A stretch of 64,000 nt of DNA from the human T2T-CHM13v2.0 reference genome, Homo sapiens. This document shows positions 1 through 14,395 of the stretch, piece after piece. The stretch lies in the NCBI RefSeq assembly GCF_009914755.1, contig NC_060932.1; one strand, 5' to 3'. A model generated the notes under the pieces. It saw nothing but the letters and a program-made list of their open reading frames with translations, did not search any database and was not told the DNA's origin. The stretch's first letter is position 1. Each line of letters starts with the position of its first letter. Both the position numbers and the translations under genes were made by a program.

Positions 1-99
1 GGACTATGGTTACATTTGTGTCTCTATTGCTTACTGTAGTGTCAGGTAGTAAGTTTACAAATAATAAAAATTTTAATGATAAAAATGTATGAAATGTAG

Positions 100-470
100 G
101 TAATGATATATATGTTTTTTGCAAACACCACAGTAATAATTGCTACAAATCAGAATTACTCATAGCTGCTAAAATTTAATGGGTGAAAGTAAGATGAGAA
201 ACAGGATACTTGGATAGCAGTTAAATCCCTTTCCGCAAAAATCTTCTAAATTATCAAAATGAAACATACTAACCTTCCAGTGGAAAAATCTGTAAGATTC
301 CATCTTAACCTAGTAATCAAAATTAATATCAGTAAAAAGACATATCAACATGTGCCTCCTGATACAATGCATTTGCACTAGGAAGGGCACAACATCAGTT
401 CTGTGGCATTCTTGCCTAAACATTCATGACTTAAATCATTAAAAAATCATACAAATGCAAAATGAGGGAA
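100..470 (+). mobile_element. Old L1 (L1MC/L1ME-type) 3' UTR fragment
   Basis: Motifs 'catcttaacctagtaatcaaaattaatatc' and 'atgtgcctcctgatacaatgc...gaagggcacaacatcagttctgtggcattcttgcc' resemble the L1MC4-like 3' UTR as recalled; boundaries approximate. Confidence 0.7.
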
Positions 471-1155
471 TTTATTTTTCCTTTTTATTTATGATTGACA
501 TTTAATAATTGGTTATACTTATATAAATAAAATAGACCCCAAATTTGACAAGACTTGTCAAATCTTGTCATGGAGATGAATTTATCACATTAAAAGTATT
601 GTGCTAGGTAGTGGAAATACAAAATAAAATTACAAAGACACCCATCCAACCATATAGCCACTTGCTCTGTAAGAAGAAAACAAGACAAGGGAATAATTAT
701 GTATCACATGGATTGCAGTCCAGGAGCACATACATTTCTAAGATAAATTGCTGTGCAAGTTGAACAGGACAATAATTTATTATAGAAGACATTTTAGAAA
801 ATGAATGAAATTGTTGAGGGATATCTCACTGTATATTTCTGTCCTGAAATACCAGCTATTGGTATTGTTGGTATTTTACTTTTTAGTAAAAATGTAGAAG
901 AAAATTTTTTTTCTTTCTTGTCTCATTTATTACCCTCAATTGTGTACGATATAATTGTGAAAACAGAAGTGAATCCTTTATTGAGTGCTATTCTATTCCA
1001 ACTGACCCCTCAAGTGTCATAGAAAGAATAATATGTGTGAACATAACCCAATTTTAGAAGCAAGAAACTGACCCACATTTATAAGCAAAAATACTTTTAT
1101 TCCCCGTAAGTACTCCTCCACATCAGAATTCAGGAACATGACATGTTCTCTGTTA

Positions 1156-1169
1156 CCAGTAGATGGAGG
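1156..1169 (+). promoter_or_regulatory. Candidate CTCF core motif
   Basis: ccagtagatggagg matches CCASYAGRKGGCRS at 13/14 positions; motif only, no binding evidence. Confidence 0.2.
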
Positions 1170-1320
1170 GTATCAGACACGAAATTAAAAAAAAAATGTG
1201 AACAGGTATTTTAAGTGAGGAATTTTAACAGAATTTAAGGACTATTGACTCTCTATTATTTACATAAAAGCGTTTTAAATGATTTGAGTTTCAAGAACTC
1301 ACATCCAACTTTCCATAAGC

Positions 1321-2120
1321 TGTACTGGGTTGAATAGTGCCCCTGCAAAATTCATGTTCAGGTTGGGCACGGTGGCTAACGTCTGTAATCCCAGCACTTG
1401 GGGAGGCCGAGGCTGGTGGATTACCTGAGGTCAGGAATTTGAGACCAGCCTGACCAACATGGTGAAACCCAGTTTCTACTAAAAATACAAAAATTAGCCG
1501 GGCATGGTGGTGCATGACTGTAATCCCAGTTACTCAGGAGGCTGAGGCGGGAGAATCGCTTGAACTGGGGAGATGGAGGTTGCAGTGAGCTGAGATTGTG
1601 CCATGCACTCCAGCCCTGGGTGACAGAGCGAGAGCAAGATTCCGACTCAAAAAATTATAAATAGGTAAATAAATAGATAAATAACAAAATAACAAAAAAA
1701 TGTTCACCTGGAAACTGTGAATGCGACTTTGAAAAAAGGGTCTTTGCAGATAATCAAGTTAACATGAGGTCATACTGCATTAGAGTGGGTCATAAATTGA
1801 ATGACTAGTGTCCTTATAAGAAGAGGAAAATTTGGACACAGAGACAAGCAGGAGATAATAGGGAAGAAGACCATGTAACAGCGGGGCAGAGATTGGAGTA
1901 ATGCGGGTGGAAGCCACGCAACACCAAGGAGTGCCAGCAAACACCAGACACTGGGGAGAGGCAAGGGAGGGCTCATCCCCAGAGCCTTCAGATGGCCTAT
2001 GACCCTACTACACCTTGATTTTACACTTCTAGCCTGCAGGTGTGCCAGGGAGTAACTTCATGTTGTTTAAGCCACTTTGTTTGTGAAACTCTGTGACAGC
2101 AGCCCTAGGGAACTCACACA
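1321..2120 (+). mobile_element. MaLR solo LTR (MLT1B/C-like), interrupted by an Alu at 1361-1700
   Basis: Starts tgtactgggttgaatagtgcccc; resumes after the Alu with 'gggtctttgcagataatcaagttaacatgaggtcatac...tgtccttataagaagagg'; ends 'gacagcagccctagggaactcacaca'. Confidence 0.85.
1361..1700 (+). mobile_element. AluS (Sx/Sq-like), full length
   Basis: Two arms, A-rich linker 'tactaaaaatacaaaaattagcc', A-rich tail; 'atgttca' duplicated on both sides (partial TSD). Confidence 0.95.
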
Positions 2121-4983
2121 AAAGGATATTAGGTAATTAATAATAAACCATACTAATTCTAACCATTTTTAGATAAGAATCCATGAGTAATCACTCTGTA
2201 TTTGTAGATAATGACACCGGTGAAATCTGTAATGCATCTGCAGAAAACACAAGGCGTTGATAGGCCTCCTTCACCAGCCTGCTATACAGAATTCCTTCAC
2301 TTTTCATGGTAATATAATGACATATATAGGTTATATAGGTTCATTAAGGATCTGTCATACTATACAATGTAGCATAAGTGGGAAAACTAAAGTTTTAATG
2401 TGCTGTGTCGGAAAAGTTGCAATTAAAAATAAAGCATATGTGTCCAGGGGTGATAAACCCACCATTAATGACCAGCAACTGTATCTCCTATATAAAAACG
2501 ATTATTAACTTTTGGGCCTTAGTAGCAACTCAGGATCACATGACCTCAGATTTGTTGACTATAAAGCAAGGAGGCCTATGTGCTTTAGTTTAAACTTTTG
2601 ACTGTGCTGAAGTTAAAGAAGAAAATGACACTTTTAGAGCAAGATATTGACAATAAAAGAATTGTCCTGGGACTTTCCTTTTTGGCCATGCTAGGTTAAA
2701 TGAAACTAGATTTGCCCTGCCACTGAAATAACCATGCAACTTGATAAAATACAGCAACACTTTTCAGACACTGAACAGCAAGCAGTACAGGGCATGGTCC
2801 TTGACAGAGGAGAAACCCAAGAGGCGAGTCTCATGATTGCCCAGCATTCTATTATGTGTGCGTTTTCCAGTAAAAGCACAGGTTATTTGATCCCAAGCAG
2901 CATGGTCGTCTCACTAAATAGGTATAGATATGGGTTCCAAGCTGCTGAATTGATTGGAATTTGCAGGGCATGAAAATTCATAGCTGATCTTTGGTTGAAG
3001 ACTATGTTGGACTTGTGCAGACTAAGAAGACTCGGTGGCACTTAGTTAAAAGCCCTCAAGTTGAAGGACAGTACCAAAGGCTGTAGAGTCCTTAGAAGCT
3101 TCCAGTATATGCAGACTGGATATACATCTTTGATCATGGCAGACATTCATGTGACATCTCAGAAAGGTCATAAATACCCCTTAGATAACAGTCCTGCTCT
3201 AGGACTAAGATCAAAACTCAATTAGGTCCACTGTAACAATGTGTAAAATCAAACATGATAGGAATAAAAGGACCCCCCAGTAATTCAACTGTCTGGCAGA
3301 AAAAATACCTAAAATAAGCCAGAATCTCCTCAGCATATTGTCATTATGGCCAGTATGCAATTAAAAATTACTAGACATACAAAGAAGGAAAAAATTCTAT
3401 CAATTTTAAGAAGTTATCAATTAAATAATAGCAATTAAAGTTTACAAAATTAAACAGTTTCCAATTATAAAAAGAAAGAAACAGATCCCAAGATAACAAT
3501 AAATGATGGAAATAGCAGCAAGCGCTTTTTTCTCATCTATTTTAGGTATGTTTCATAAGTATGTTCCAAGGCTTACCAGAAAATGTATCCATTAATAGAA
3601 AAGAGATGTGGAAACACAGAAAAGAAATGACAACTATAAAAAAGAACCAAATAGATATTTCAGAGTTAAACATGTAATATTTGAAGTGGAAAGTACAATA
3701 GTGAACATAACATCAGATAGGATACTGCTGGATAAAATGTTAATGAACATGAAAGCAGTTGGATAGAATTCATTGAAAAAGAAGATCCGAGAGAAGAAAA
3801 AAATAATGAGAGAAAAACCAGGGCCTTAGTAACCAGTTGAACTGTATCAACTGCTTTATCACATGGATAATTGAAGGTCAGGAGGGAAGGAAAAAGAGGA
3901 GAATGAGCAGAAAAATATATTTTGAATAACATGAATGGACACATACTAAATTAAATTTCAAAAGTCAATGTACAAAACCAAGAAGCTCAACCAATTGTAA
4001 GCATAATAAACATAAAAATAAGCAACCTTAGCACATCGTAGTCAAACTGGTGAAAATAAAAGAGAAAGAGAAAATCTTGAAAGAAGCTGAGGACAATTGA
4101 CACATTTCATACAGGATATAAATAAGGTGAATGAAGTATGACTCCTTATCAGATACAATGAATGCTAAAAGACATATTTCAGTGCCAAAAATAAAAATAT
4201 GACTCTCAAAACTTATTTATTATTCATTGAAATCATCTTCAAAATTTAGGCGAAATAAATATATATTCAAATTAAAAAGAAAAGATGAGATAATTCATTG
4301 CCAGCATATCTATACTGGAATAAATGCTAAAGAAAGTTCTCTAAAATAAAACAAAATGCTACCAGATGGAAAATCAGTTCCAAAGAAGAAATGAAGAGCA
4401 CTGAAAATGGCAAATTAGTGGACAAACATAAAAGATTGTTTTTCTTAGAGAGAAAGCTGTTTCATGCAAAAAAAAATAACATTTTATTGTAAGTTTAATT
4501 CTTACTTGTATATAAAATATATAATAATAAAAACAAAATACTATAACAATAGTAATAAATAATACAAATTCTACTGGAAAAGTAGAATTTTATAATTTCA
4601 AGGTCATTACATTTTACATAAGTGGTATTATGACTAAGGTAGAGTAATCTTTAATAAAAGAATATTATAAGGCCTGAAACAAATCTAATAAATATGTACA
4701 AAGATGGGTAGCTTGAGGAGACATTAAAATTGAATGTTAAATTAATTAACAACACAAAAGAAAGTGGAGATAGAAGAACAGAAGGAAAAAGGCAGATGAA
4801 GAAAACAAATACCAAGATTATAGACATAAATCAAAACACACCAATAATTGCATTGAATATAAATGGATCTGTCATTTCAATTAGAAGACAGAAGTTTTCA
4901 GAATAGGTACATACAAAAGAAACAAGTTCTAAGTATATTCTGTCCACAGTAGACACTTTAAGTAGAAAGACACAAACTAGATG

Positions 4984-5165
4984 TAAGGTATTGAAATTAT
5001 TTCATGCAGATAGAAATAATTCTACTATTGTTCATTAATATGAAACAAACTAGAATTCAAAGCAAATATAAGCAAATATAAGGTATTGAAATTATTTCAT
5101 GGAGATAGAAATAATTCTACTATTGTTCTATTAATATGAAACAAACTAGACTTCAAATATAAGCA
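4984..5165. repeat. 95-bp tandem duplication within the old L1
   Basis: 'taaggtattgaaattatttcatg.agatagaaataattctactattgttc..ttaatatgaaacaaactaga' begins at both 4984 and 5079. Confidence 0.95.
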
Positions 5166-5519
5166 GAATGAAGAGGAATATAATGATAAAAATTAAAGGG
5201 AGAAATGCAAAAATCTACAAACATAGTTGGAATTTTAATACTTTATCTTAATATTTGATCCCCAAATGATCTATCTGTGGAAGATTTGAAAACAATGTCA
5301 ACCAGTGACATGCATATAACACACACATATATCTCTATCATTCATATATATATATATATATATAGTCTTCTGTTATAGTCTTCAGTTATAAAGTTATACA
5401 CAAGCACACATATGTAACTGAAGACTACACATTCTTTTCAAATGCAAATGAAAGAGTCACTTTGATCATGACTGACCTCATGAGTCATAAAATACATTTA
5501 CAAATTTAAAAGACTGAAA

Positions 5520-6010
<491 letters not shown>

Positions 6011-8409
6011 AATAGTGTATTGTTCTTTAATTAAAATAAAATTAAATTATAAATCAACAAAAATTAACTCTCTGAAAAAGATACAAATATGTGGAGACTG
6101 AAAACCACATGTATATATCAGCTATAGTTCAAAATGAATTTATAAAATACGAATATTTAAATAAAGGATAATAAAATATATATATATGGGCAGTAGCTAA
6201 AAGTTGAGAAAAAAATTATAGAAAGAGAAACTCATAAAAGACGGAAAATATTTTAAAACAATAATATATTTCTACCTCTAAAAGTTAGGAAAAATAACCA
6301 AAGTAATTAGACTTTTAAGCCAAAGTATTTAGAAAAAAAGAGAAGAAAAACTGAAATACATTTTACAAAGGCAAAGTGTAGAAAAAGATAACAACCTCCA
6401 AAGTTGATTCTGTTAAAAGATTAATGAAATGTATTTTTGAAAGTCTAGCAAGACTAAGCAAAGGGGGTAAAAGAGGAAAACATAAATGGTCAATGTTGGC
6501 AATGATTAAAGTGACAGTACTACAGATACAACAGATATTCAAAAATAATAAGGTAATATTACAAATAACATTATACCAATGACTTTGACAAATTAATAAA
6601 ATTAACCAGTTTCTTCAGAAATTATTTGAATAGATATATTCAATATCTATTCAATATCTATTCAAATTATTTGAATAGAAATCCAGAAGTAAAATAGGCA
6701 TAAATCCATTAAACAAATTCGGTTCCCAGTAAAAATCTGCAAAGGAAAAATACAACTGCAGATAGTTTCACTGGATCAATGTATTAAATACTTAAGGTTG
6801 AAAAATGCATACACTCTTTTAGGAAATAGAGGATGATAATCTGCTTCTGAACTTATTTTAGGAAGCCAAAAATACTCTACTTCAAAATTCCACCAAAACA
6901 TTGCAGGCAAAGAAAATTATAAGTCACGATCCTTCATGAACTTAGACAAAAAAATGCATTATAAAATAATAGCCAGTTAAATCAAACGATATGTAAAATT
7001 GATAATATGCTAAGTAGAGTTTATTCCAGGAATAAAAGGTTGGTTTAAGATTTGAAAACTAATATAATTTAATAAATTAATAACATAAAGTATAAAAATA
7101 ATATTATATCTCATTAAATGAAGAAAAATTTTTGACAAAATTGAATTTATTCATGATAAAAACTCCCCACAAACTAGGAATATAAGAAAACTTCTTCAAC
7201 CCAATGAGTGGCATTTATAAAGCATCTACGGTTAAAGTGAGTTATTAAACACTTTTATTTAAAAATGGCAAATAGTTCAAGAATAACCCTTCTTATCACT
7301 TCTACACAACAATATACTGGATGGCATCCCCAGTGAAGTAAGGCAAGAAAAGTGTTATGTACACCTGAAAGGAGACATAAAAATGTCTGTATTTAAGGGT
7401 GACATAAATTTTTTAGAAGATGATAAAGAATCTACAAGTAAATTTCTAGAGCTAACTGTGTAAATACCCAAGGCTTATTCATATTTGTTTATGCTGGTAG
7501 CAAATGAAAAATAAACTAAAATTTACAGAAAATTGCATGAAGATGCATAAATATTTAGAAATATAATTAAAGTGCCCCTCAATATTGAAAATGACAAAAC
7601 TGTAAAGCATTGATTAAAAAATTAAAGAAAACTTCAAGAAACGGAAATGTATACCATGTTCATGGATTGAAAGATGCAATAGTTTTATAAAGTTGCTCTC
7701 TCAAATTAATCTATAGATAATAGAGAAACCCTAACAAAATCCCAGAAGACATTTTTGGAGAAACTGAGACATTTATTATAAAAAATATACAGAATATCAA
7801 AGGGCTTGGTATAGTCAAACAAGAAGAAAAAGAACAATATTCCTGGTTTCAATATTCACTCTACAGCCATAGTAATCAAGACATTATATTGGCATAACAC
7901 TTGCAAAATATCACCAGAACAGAAAGTCCATCCAGAAATTGACCCATCATATAGCTCATTTATTTTGACAAAGAAGCCAACAGAAGAGAAATTGGTACGT
8001 TTATTTCCCCTTGACAAATATTTCTAGAACTCTTGATTGTTCATACAGGTAAAAAAAGCAACTGAAAAGTCAACTCGCACTTTCCACAAACATTAATTTA
8101 AGCTGGACATAATGTTAAACCTAAAGCTAAAGCTATGAAGTTTCTAAAAGAAATGAAACATAATATATCTTCCTTACCTTAAAAAAATGCAAAGCTTTCT
8201 TGAAGAACACCCAATAAACACCAAAAATAAAATAAAAAAATAGTAGTCAACTATACAAATACAAGGCTGACATATCCAGTATTGAGACTTCCTGGCATTC
8301 CGTGTATGGTCACTTTGTATGATAGTTGATAAACTGAAAGGGATCTCAAGGGAATTGACTATAAGGATCTTTGATACCATTATCTAATGACCATAAGCAT
8401 TAATTCTTT

Positions 8410-8895
8410 AAAATCTTTATTTGAATATAATTAACATTAATAGAATTCATCTATTCAACATTTACAACTAAATGTTTTTAGTATGTTTACAGAATTTTGC
8501 AATCATCAGCTTAATTTAATTTTGATTTTTTTCATCATCCCCAAAGAACTCCATACCCCTTAGCAGTCACTCCCTATTCGTTCGTCACCTTCTCCAGCCC
8601 TAGGCAATCATAAATCCACTTTTTGTCTCTAGGGACTTGCCTATTCCAGACATTTCATGTAAATAGAATTGCACATTATGTGATCTTTTGTGAGTGGCTT
8701 CTTTTAGTTAGCACACTATTTTGAGATTTTACATACTATAGCATAGATGAGTGTTTCATTACTTTTTATTAATGAGTAATATTTTATTGTATGGATGCAT
8801 CATATTTTATTTATCCATTCATCAGTTGATTGACATTTGCTTTCTTCTGCTATTTGGCTATTATGAATAATGTTACTGTGAACATATGTGTACAA
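8410..8895 (-). mobile_element. L1MB-type 3' end, 5'-truncated
   Basis: 'cccttagcagtcactccc...ccagccctaggcaatca...gacttgcctattccagacatttcatgtaaatagaat...tttatccattcatcagttgat'; degenerate TSD taagcatt(a/g)att at 8394 and 8897. Confidence 0.9.
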
Positions 8896-8984
8896 CTAAG
8901 CATTGATTTTCAAATCTGGTTTTGAGGAAGTCTCAGATTGAGTGACTTTTGAGCCCACTAGACAACATACAGGTAGAAAACTTC

Positions 8985-9170
8985 AAGTTTCAAATTTGAC
9001 ACCACCTTACTGTATGAATATAGGTAAGCTACTTCTTTGAGCTTTTTCTTTAAAAAAAATTAATCTGAAAAATAAAAAAAATGGATATAGAGTCCCTTAA
9101 ATTAGATGATGCATCTAAAGTACCACTCTTCTGTCTAAGGGGATCTCAATAAATGACAGCTCTAATTATA
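8985..9170 (+). mobile_element. MIR relic
   Basis: 'gtttcaaatttgacaccaccttactgt...attagatgatgcat...ctcaataaatgacagct', MIR-like core and tail. Confidence 0.5.
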
Positions 9171-10584
9171 TGTGTTTTTCTTTCCTCTTAAATTCTTTTA
9201 TTCCATTCAAATCCTTGCTGGTGAGTTGAAAAAGTAGGAATCAGGAAAAATATCCGGGTATAAACACCATCTTAACTCTTGGGCTTCATTTTGCTGCTCT
9301 GCAAAATATAGGGATTGGATAATCCTTAAGGTCTATTTCTGGCTTTAATATTTTAGGATTTAAAATGCATTTAAAATTATTTTCTGCAGACATCGTAGGT
9401 GAAGGTTTGATTATTTCTCCAGGGTCATGTAGCAAAACTGTTGCAGAGTCAGCATTTGAATTTCGTGGTCTTTTATTCAGGTCTCAGCTTTTTGTGTTAA
9501 AAACTCATTCTCTCTAAGAGTTTTACCAATGACTACAGAGTAATTTAGTCAACTTCCTAGTGAACCAAAAAACGCATGTCAAATGTATTAATATTTTGTG
9601 ATCGTCTATAGTTTCCAAGTCTTCTGTCTCTTATGAACTGGTAAGAACTCGTTTATTGTTTTGGTCTGAAGTCGTTTGTTTTGCCATGGTTCTAGAAGTA
9701 TTATAAACACAATGTTCCTGCCTTATTCACGCTTTTTATAGTTGCAATGAAAGTGTTAATTTCAAAGTTTATTTTTACTTAAATCGCTTTATAAAACAAA
9801 CTCCATCTAGTCATTTACCCCCTTCAGTGCTTAAGTTCCTGTATTTTATGTGCCAAATACATTTGCAGCTCTTGAAGTTATGTGAAGGGTTTGCGATAGT
9901 CTCACACATTTAATATGCACTGTGGACATAGTGCTGATCAGTTGCTCATTAGGTGTAAACAATTTTAAATTGGTCTTCTAAATATTCCACAGTTTCACAT
10001 GGCTGTGTTGCTTTTTTTGCGTGTGAAAATCATCAGCAGCTTAAGTCTCAAAATTTCAAACTCCACTTAGAGATGACATAATTGCATCTCGTTATTATTG
10101 CAGTATAATCAGAGGTATTGTTTCATAAAATGCTTTTGTTTGGATGCTAGCGGATGATTTTAATAGGTTTCACATGAGAATAGCTAATTTGTTGCATAAT
10201 CAGGTCCTGCTGGAGGTGTCTGTGTATGCCTGCCCTTGGGAATCTAGAAAATGGAAACAGCCCTTAAAAACAAGAGCCACACTTTTGATGATACCTTAAA
10301 ATACATAGTCAGAACGCACCACTAAAAGCCATAGGGACACGCATGAAACATGGAGACTTTTCTGAGAATGAGAATGTGTTGTTACACAGTGGCAATGCTG
10401 GTACTCTGTGAATGTAATGTGAAGAACTGCTTTGGGAAGTGGCTACTGCCTAACACGTTTATCAGAGACAGGTGTGTTTGGATCCCAAGCAGTAAACAGC
10501 ACCCAGCAAGAGTGGCTCCAGAATCCTTGCTTCATTTCTTGACCAACGTCCGACTTGGCCCTCCTGGGTGTCTGCAATATTATA

Positions 10585-11780
10585 CAGTCATGTGCAGCTT
10601 AACAATGGGGATGTGTTCTGAGAAATTTGTCCTGAGGGGATTTCATTATTGTGCAAACATCACAGAGGGTACATACACAAACCTAGATGGCTACTGCACC
10701 CCTACACTCTGTGGTAGAGCCTATTGCTCCAAGGCTACTAACCTGTACGGCATTTGCCCGTACTGAATACAGTGGGCAATTGTAACACAATGGTAAGTAT
10801 TTACGTGTCTAAACATAGAAAAGTACAGGAAAAACACAGTATAAAAATTTTAAAAATGGCATACCCATATAGGGCACTTACCATGAATGGAGCTTGCAGG
10901 ACTGGAAGTTGCTCGAGGTGAGTCAATGAGTGAATGTGAAGGCCTAGAACTTAACTCTACACTACCGTGGACTCTATCAATACAGTACGCTTTGACTACA
11001 CCAAACAAATAAAAAGATATTTTTCTTTCTTCCATAGTAAAGAAAGTTTACTGTAATTTCCCCTACCTTACTGTAATTTTTTTACTTTATACACTTTTTA
11101 AAAAAATTATTTGATAGTTTTATAACAACACTTGGCATAAAACACAAACACATTATACATTTGCGCAGAAGTATTTTGTTTCTTTACATTCTTATTCAAG
11201 AATCTTTATTTTTTATTTTTTACTTTTTACAATTTTGTTTAACAGCAAGACACAAATACATGCATTAGCCCAGGCCTACTCCGGGTCAGGATCACCAATA
11301 TCACTCTCTTCCATCTCCACATCCAGTCCCACTGGAAGGTCTTCACGGGCCATAACACACATGGAGCCATCGTCTCCCATGATAATAATGCCTTCTTCTA
11401 CAACACCTCCTGCAGGATCTGCCTGAGGCTGTTTTACAGTTAACTTTTTTTGTTATCAGTAGAAGGAATACATTCTAAAATAACAATGAAAAGTGTAATA
11501 TAGTACATACATAAACCAGCAACATCGTCTTTTATTATCATTATCAAATATTATGCACTGTACATAATTGCATGGGCTATACTTTCATAAAACTGGCAGT
11601 TCAGTAGGTTTGTTAACACAAGCTTCACCATAAATATGTGAATAATGCCTTGCACTACATTATGAGAGCTATGATGTCACTAGATAACCAGAATTTTTCA
11701 GCTCTATTTCAATCTTATGGGACCATTGTTGTATATGCGGTCCATTATTGACCAACTTGTCTTTACGAGGTGCAAAACCG
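10585..11780 (+). mobile_element. Tigger3b (Golem-derived) non-autonomous TcMar DNA transposon, near full length
   Basis: TA-cagtcatgtgcagcttaacaatgggga start; internal 'agggcacttaccatgaatggagcttgcaggactggaagttgctc'; end 'aatcttatgggaccattgttgtatatgcggtcc...' followed by TA; about 1.2 kb. Confidence 0.9.
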
Positions 11781-12044
11781 TATGCCAGTAAGGAGCTTGG
11801 AACCCCAGAGGGCACAGACTCAGTCTTCCTTTCACTAGTTACCCTTTCAACTTCAGGTACAGAGAATTCCTAGTAGCAAAAGGATGGCTAATTTTATCTG
11901 TCAGCTTTGCATCCTTTCTAGTCAACACCCCAACCCTTAAATTTCACGTGTGTTTATGAATTTTCAGTTTCATAAAAGTAGTAGAAAACATAAGCACCTT
12001 TGTCCCAAATATGCACAGATAGTTCTTTGACAGGCAGTAGAGCA

Positions 12045-12240
12045 CAGCAGTTGAGGGCAAAGTCTTTAGAACTCACACAGCTGTGATATATAAATACATA
12101 TATTTTCATAGTCTTGGACCTCCTTTGAATTTTACTTACTTCCTCCATAAAATAAGGCTAATAATATAGTCTTGAACATCAAATAGTGTATCTCTGGGAT
12201 TTAGCATGGTGTCTGAGAAATAGTAAGCAGTAGATATTTT
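12045..12240 (+). mobile_element. MIR relic
   Basis: 'cttcctccataaaataaggctaataata...ttagcatggtgtctgagaaatagtaagc'. Confidence 0.55.
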
Positions 12241-12259
12241 CTCATAATCTAATCTACCA

Positions 12260-12810
12260 AATCTCAGTGAATGACACCACCAAATCTGTAAAGCTGGACG
12301 TCCAGCCTGTCACCTCACCCTCCCCACAAAGTACAAACCTTCAACAGAAATCTCATCGACTCTAATTACAAAATCTGTTTTGATACATATTGCATCTTTG
12401 ACTGTTCCTCATCCCTAATGCCACTGCTAGAGTCCCAGACATCACCAGCTTTGGCCCGGACTCCTGCAAACACCATGTGCACACCGGATGTTCTTCAGAA
12501 CCTCCAACCCTTCCTTTACACAGCATCTGGAGAGATCTTCAAGTCATGGTAACCACATTCTATCCCTGCTGGCATTTCTTCAGTGGCTCATCAGTTTATT
12601 TGTTTAAGACTCCACATCTTTAACTTGCTCTACCAGGCACTACCTACCATTCCTCACAGGTGTTTCTTCAGTTTGGACCCCATAAGCTTTTCCCAATATG
12701 AATTGTTTTCTAGTCATCTTTATTGTGGTCCCTCTAAAAAACTGAGATCTTTCATTTCTTGAGGCTTTCATACTTACATAAAGTTTCTTCTGTCTGGAAT
12801 GCTTGTCTCT
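12260..12810 (+). mobile_element. L2 relic
   Basis: 'tctcagtgaatgacaccacca', 'atccctaatgccactgctagagtcccagacatcacc' and 'cttcagtggctc' typical of the L2 3' region. Confidence 0.65.
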
Positions 12811-13095
12811 CTACTGTTTTGTTTTATATTTTTAGAAATCATATCATTTTCCTTCAACATTGTATTTTGGAAAATTTCTGACTTGAAAAGTCACAAGAAT
12901 TGTATAATAAAGTCCTACATACCCTTTATCTAATTTCACCAAATATTAGCATTTGCACCATTGTTTATTTCTCTCTGATGCGTGCTTACTGTTTTATGTA
13001 AGAAGATTGAATTCTGTTATAGAAGAGAAACATACAGATAAAGATAGATAAACCTAAGTATAAAAGCAAGTAGCTCATGAAACACATTACACATC

Positions 13096-13971
13096 TGTAG
13101 GGAGACCCCCTGAAACTATTACTATGGAATGAAAGATGAAATGCTTCTGATTATTGTAAATACAAAATTGCATGCAGGATTGTGCAAAGACAATGCCAGG
13201 TTGGACTGCCAGAACGAGCCAACAGTGCTTGATGTGCTTCCCCGTGCAGAGAGCCTATGAACAGAAGTGCAGTCAGGGAGGTTTCACATCACCAAGATTC
13301 CTATCCCAGAAAAGCAGATGTTCTTAGCTCTGGGAATGAATGCAACCCTTGTGGAGAGCCTATAAACAGACACATGGGGGGTGCCTGTCCATATGGATAA
13401 GATAGGGCTATAAACGCCCTCATCTTGCCAAGGCTCTTCTAGGCCTCTTTAGGGTTAAGGCATACTCCCCGCTGAGAATTTCTGGTCTAACCTGTTGTCT
13501 AGCTTCACGTCCTGTTTCTATGGATTGTTTGTAACCACCTGTTGCTGCAACTGTTACTGCTGATTAATATCTTTCTAGTCATAGGTTATGGAAAGACTGT
13601 GTTTCTGTTTTAGGGCTCTGTTAGAAATTACTGATGCACACACTATATTGTAAATTCTTATCTCTGTATACTGTACTTCTGCATACAGATGTTATATTAA
13701 AGAATTACTTCATCCCCATGTGACCATCTCACTTCATAATCAAATGACTCCAAATCCCTCACTAACCTAACCCTGACCTCACTAAACTTAATAATAAATG
13801 CTGGTATATCCAGTGCATTGGTGGCACCATAGGACGAGAAGGCGGTGACCCCCCTGGACCCAGCTTTCACTATCTTGTGTGTGTCTATTATTTCTCGACC
13901 TGCGGATCCTCTGCCTGGGAACAAAGAAACAGCACCGTTGTACTGTGGGCTGTTGGCCAGGTCCTGCAATA
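13096..13971 (+). mobile_element. ERVK (HML)-class solo LTR, LTR13-like
   Basis: Starts tgtagggagacccc; TATA-like 'ctataaa' twice; AATAAA at about 13794; ends 'ggccaggtcctgcaata'; appears little diverged from a recalled ERVK LTR consensus; exact subfamily uncertain. Confidence 0.75.
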
Positions 13972-14395
13972 CTCAACACCACAGAAACACACACACCCTA
14001 CATCACCCTATGCCCCACACAAACTACACACACAAGCATCACACGTACTCACCACTCATACCACACACACACCTCACACATATCACACATCACATTCCAC
14101 AAAACATGGACATTTAAACACTATATCACATGCACACACACCACACAAACCACACATACACACACACACCACATAGCACACACATATCGCACATCACATT
14201 CCACAAAACATGGACACCTACACACTCCATCACACACCACACTACAAAAACCACAAATACATACACACACACACACCACACACATACTAACACACATACC
14301 TACCACATCACACCACACATAGAGCCCACACATACACACCCCAAGGCACACATACACCCAACATATACCTTGAACATCTACCTTTCACATCCATT
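13972..14395. repeat. Degenerate (CA)-rich low-complexity tract with an internal 38-bp duplication
   Basis: 'cacacatatc(a/g)cacatcacattccacaaaacatggaca' at 14075 and 14179 (period 104). Confidence 0.9.

Noticed and set aside
10350-10766. 138-aa ORF
   Set aside because: Runs from unique sequence into non-coding Tigger3b; no recognisable domain.
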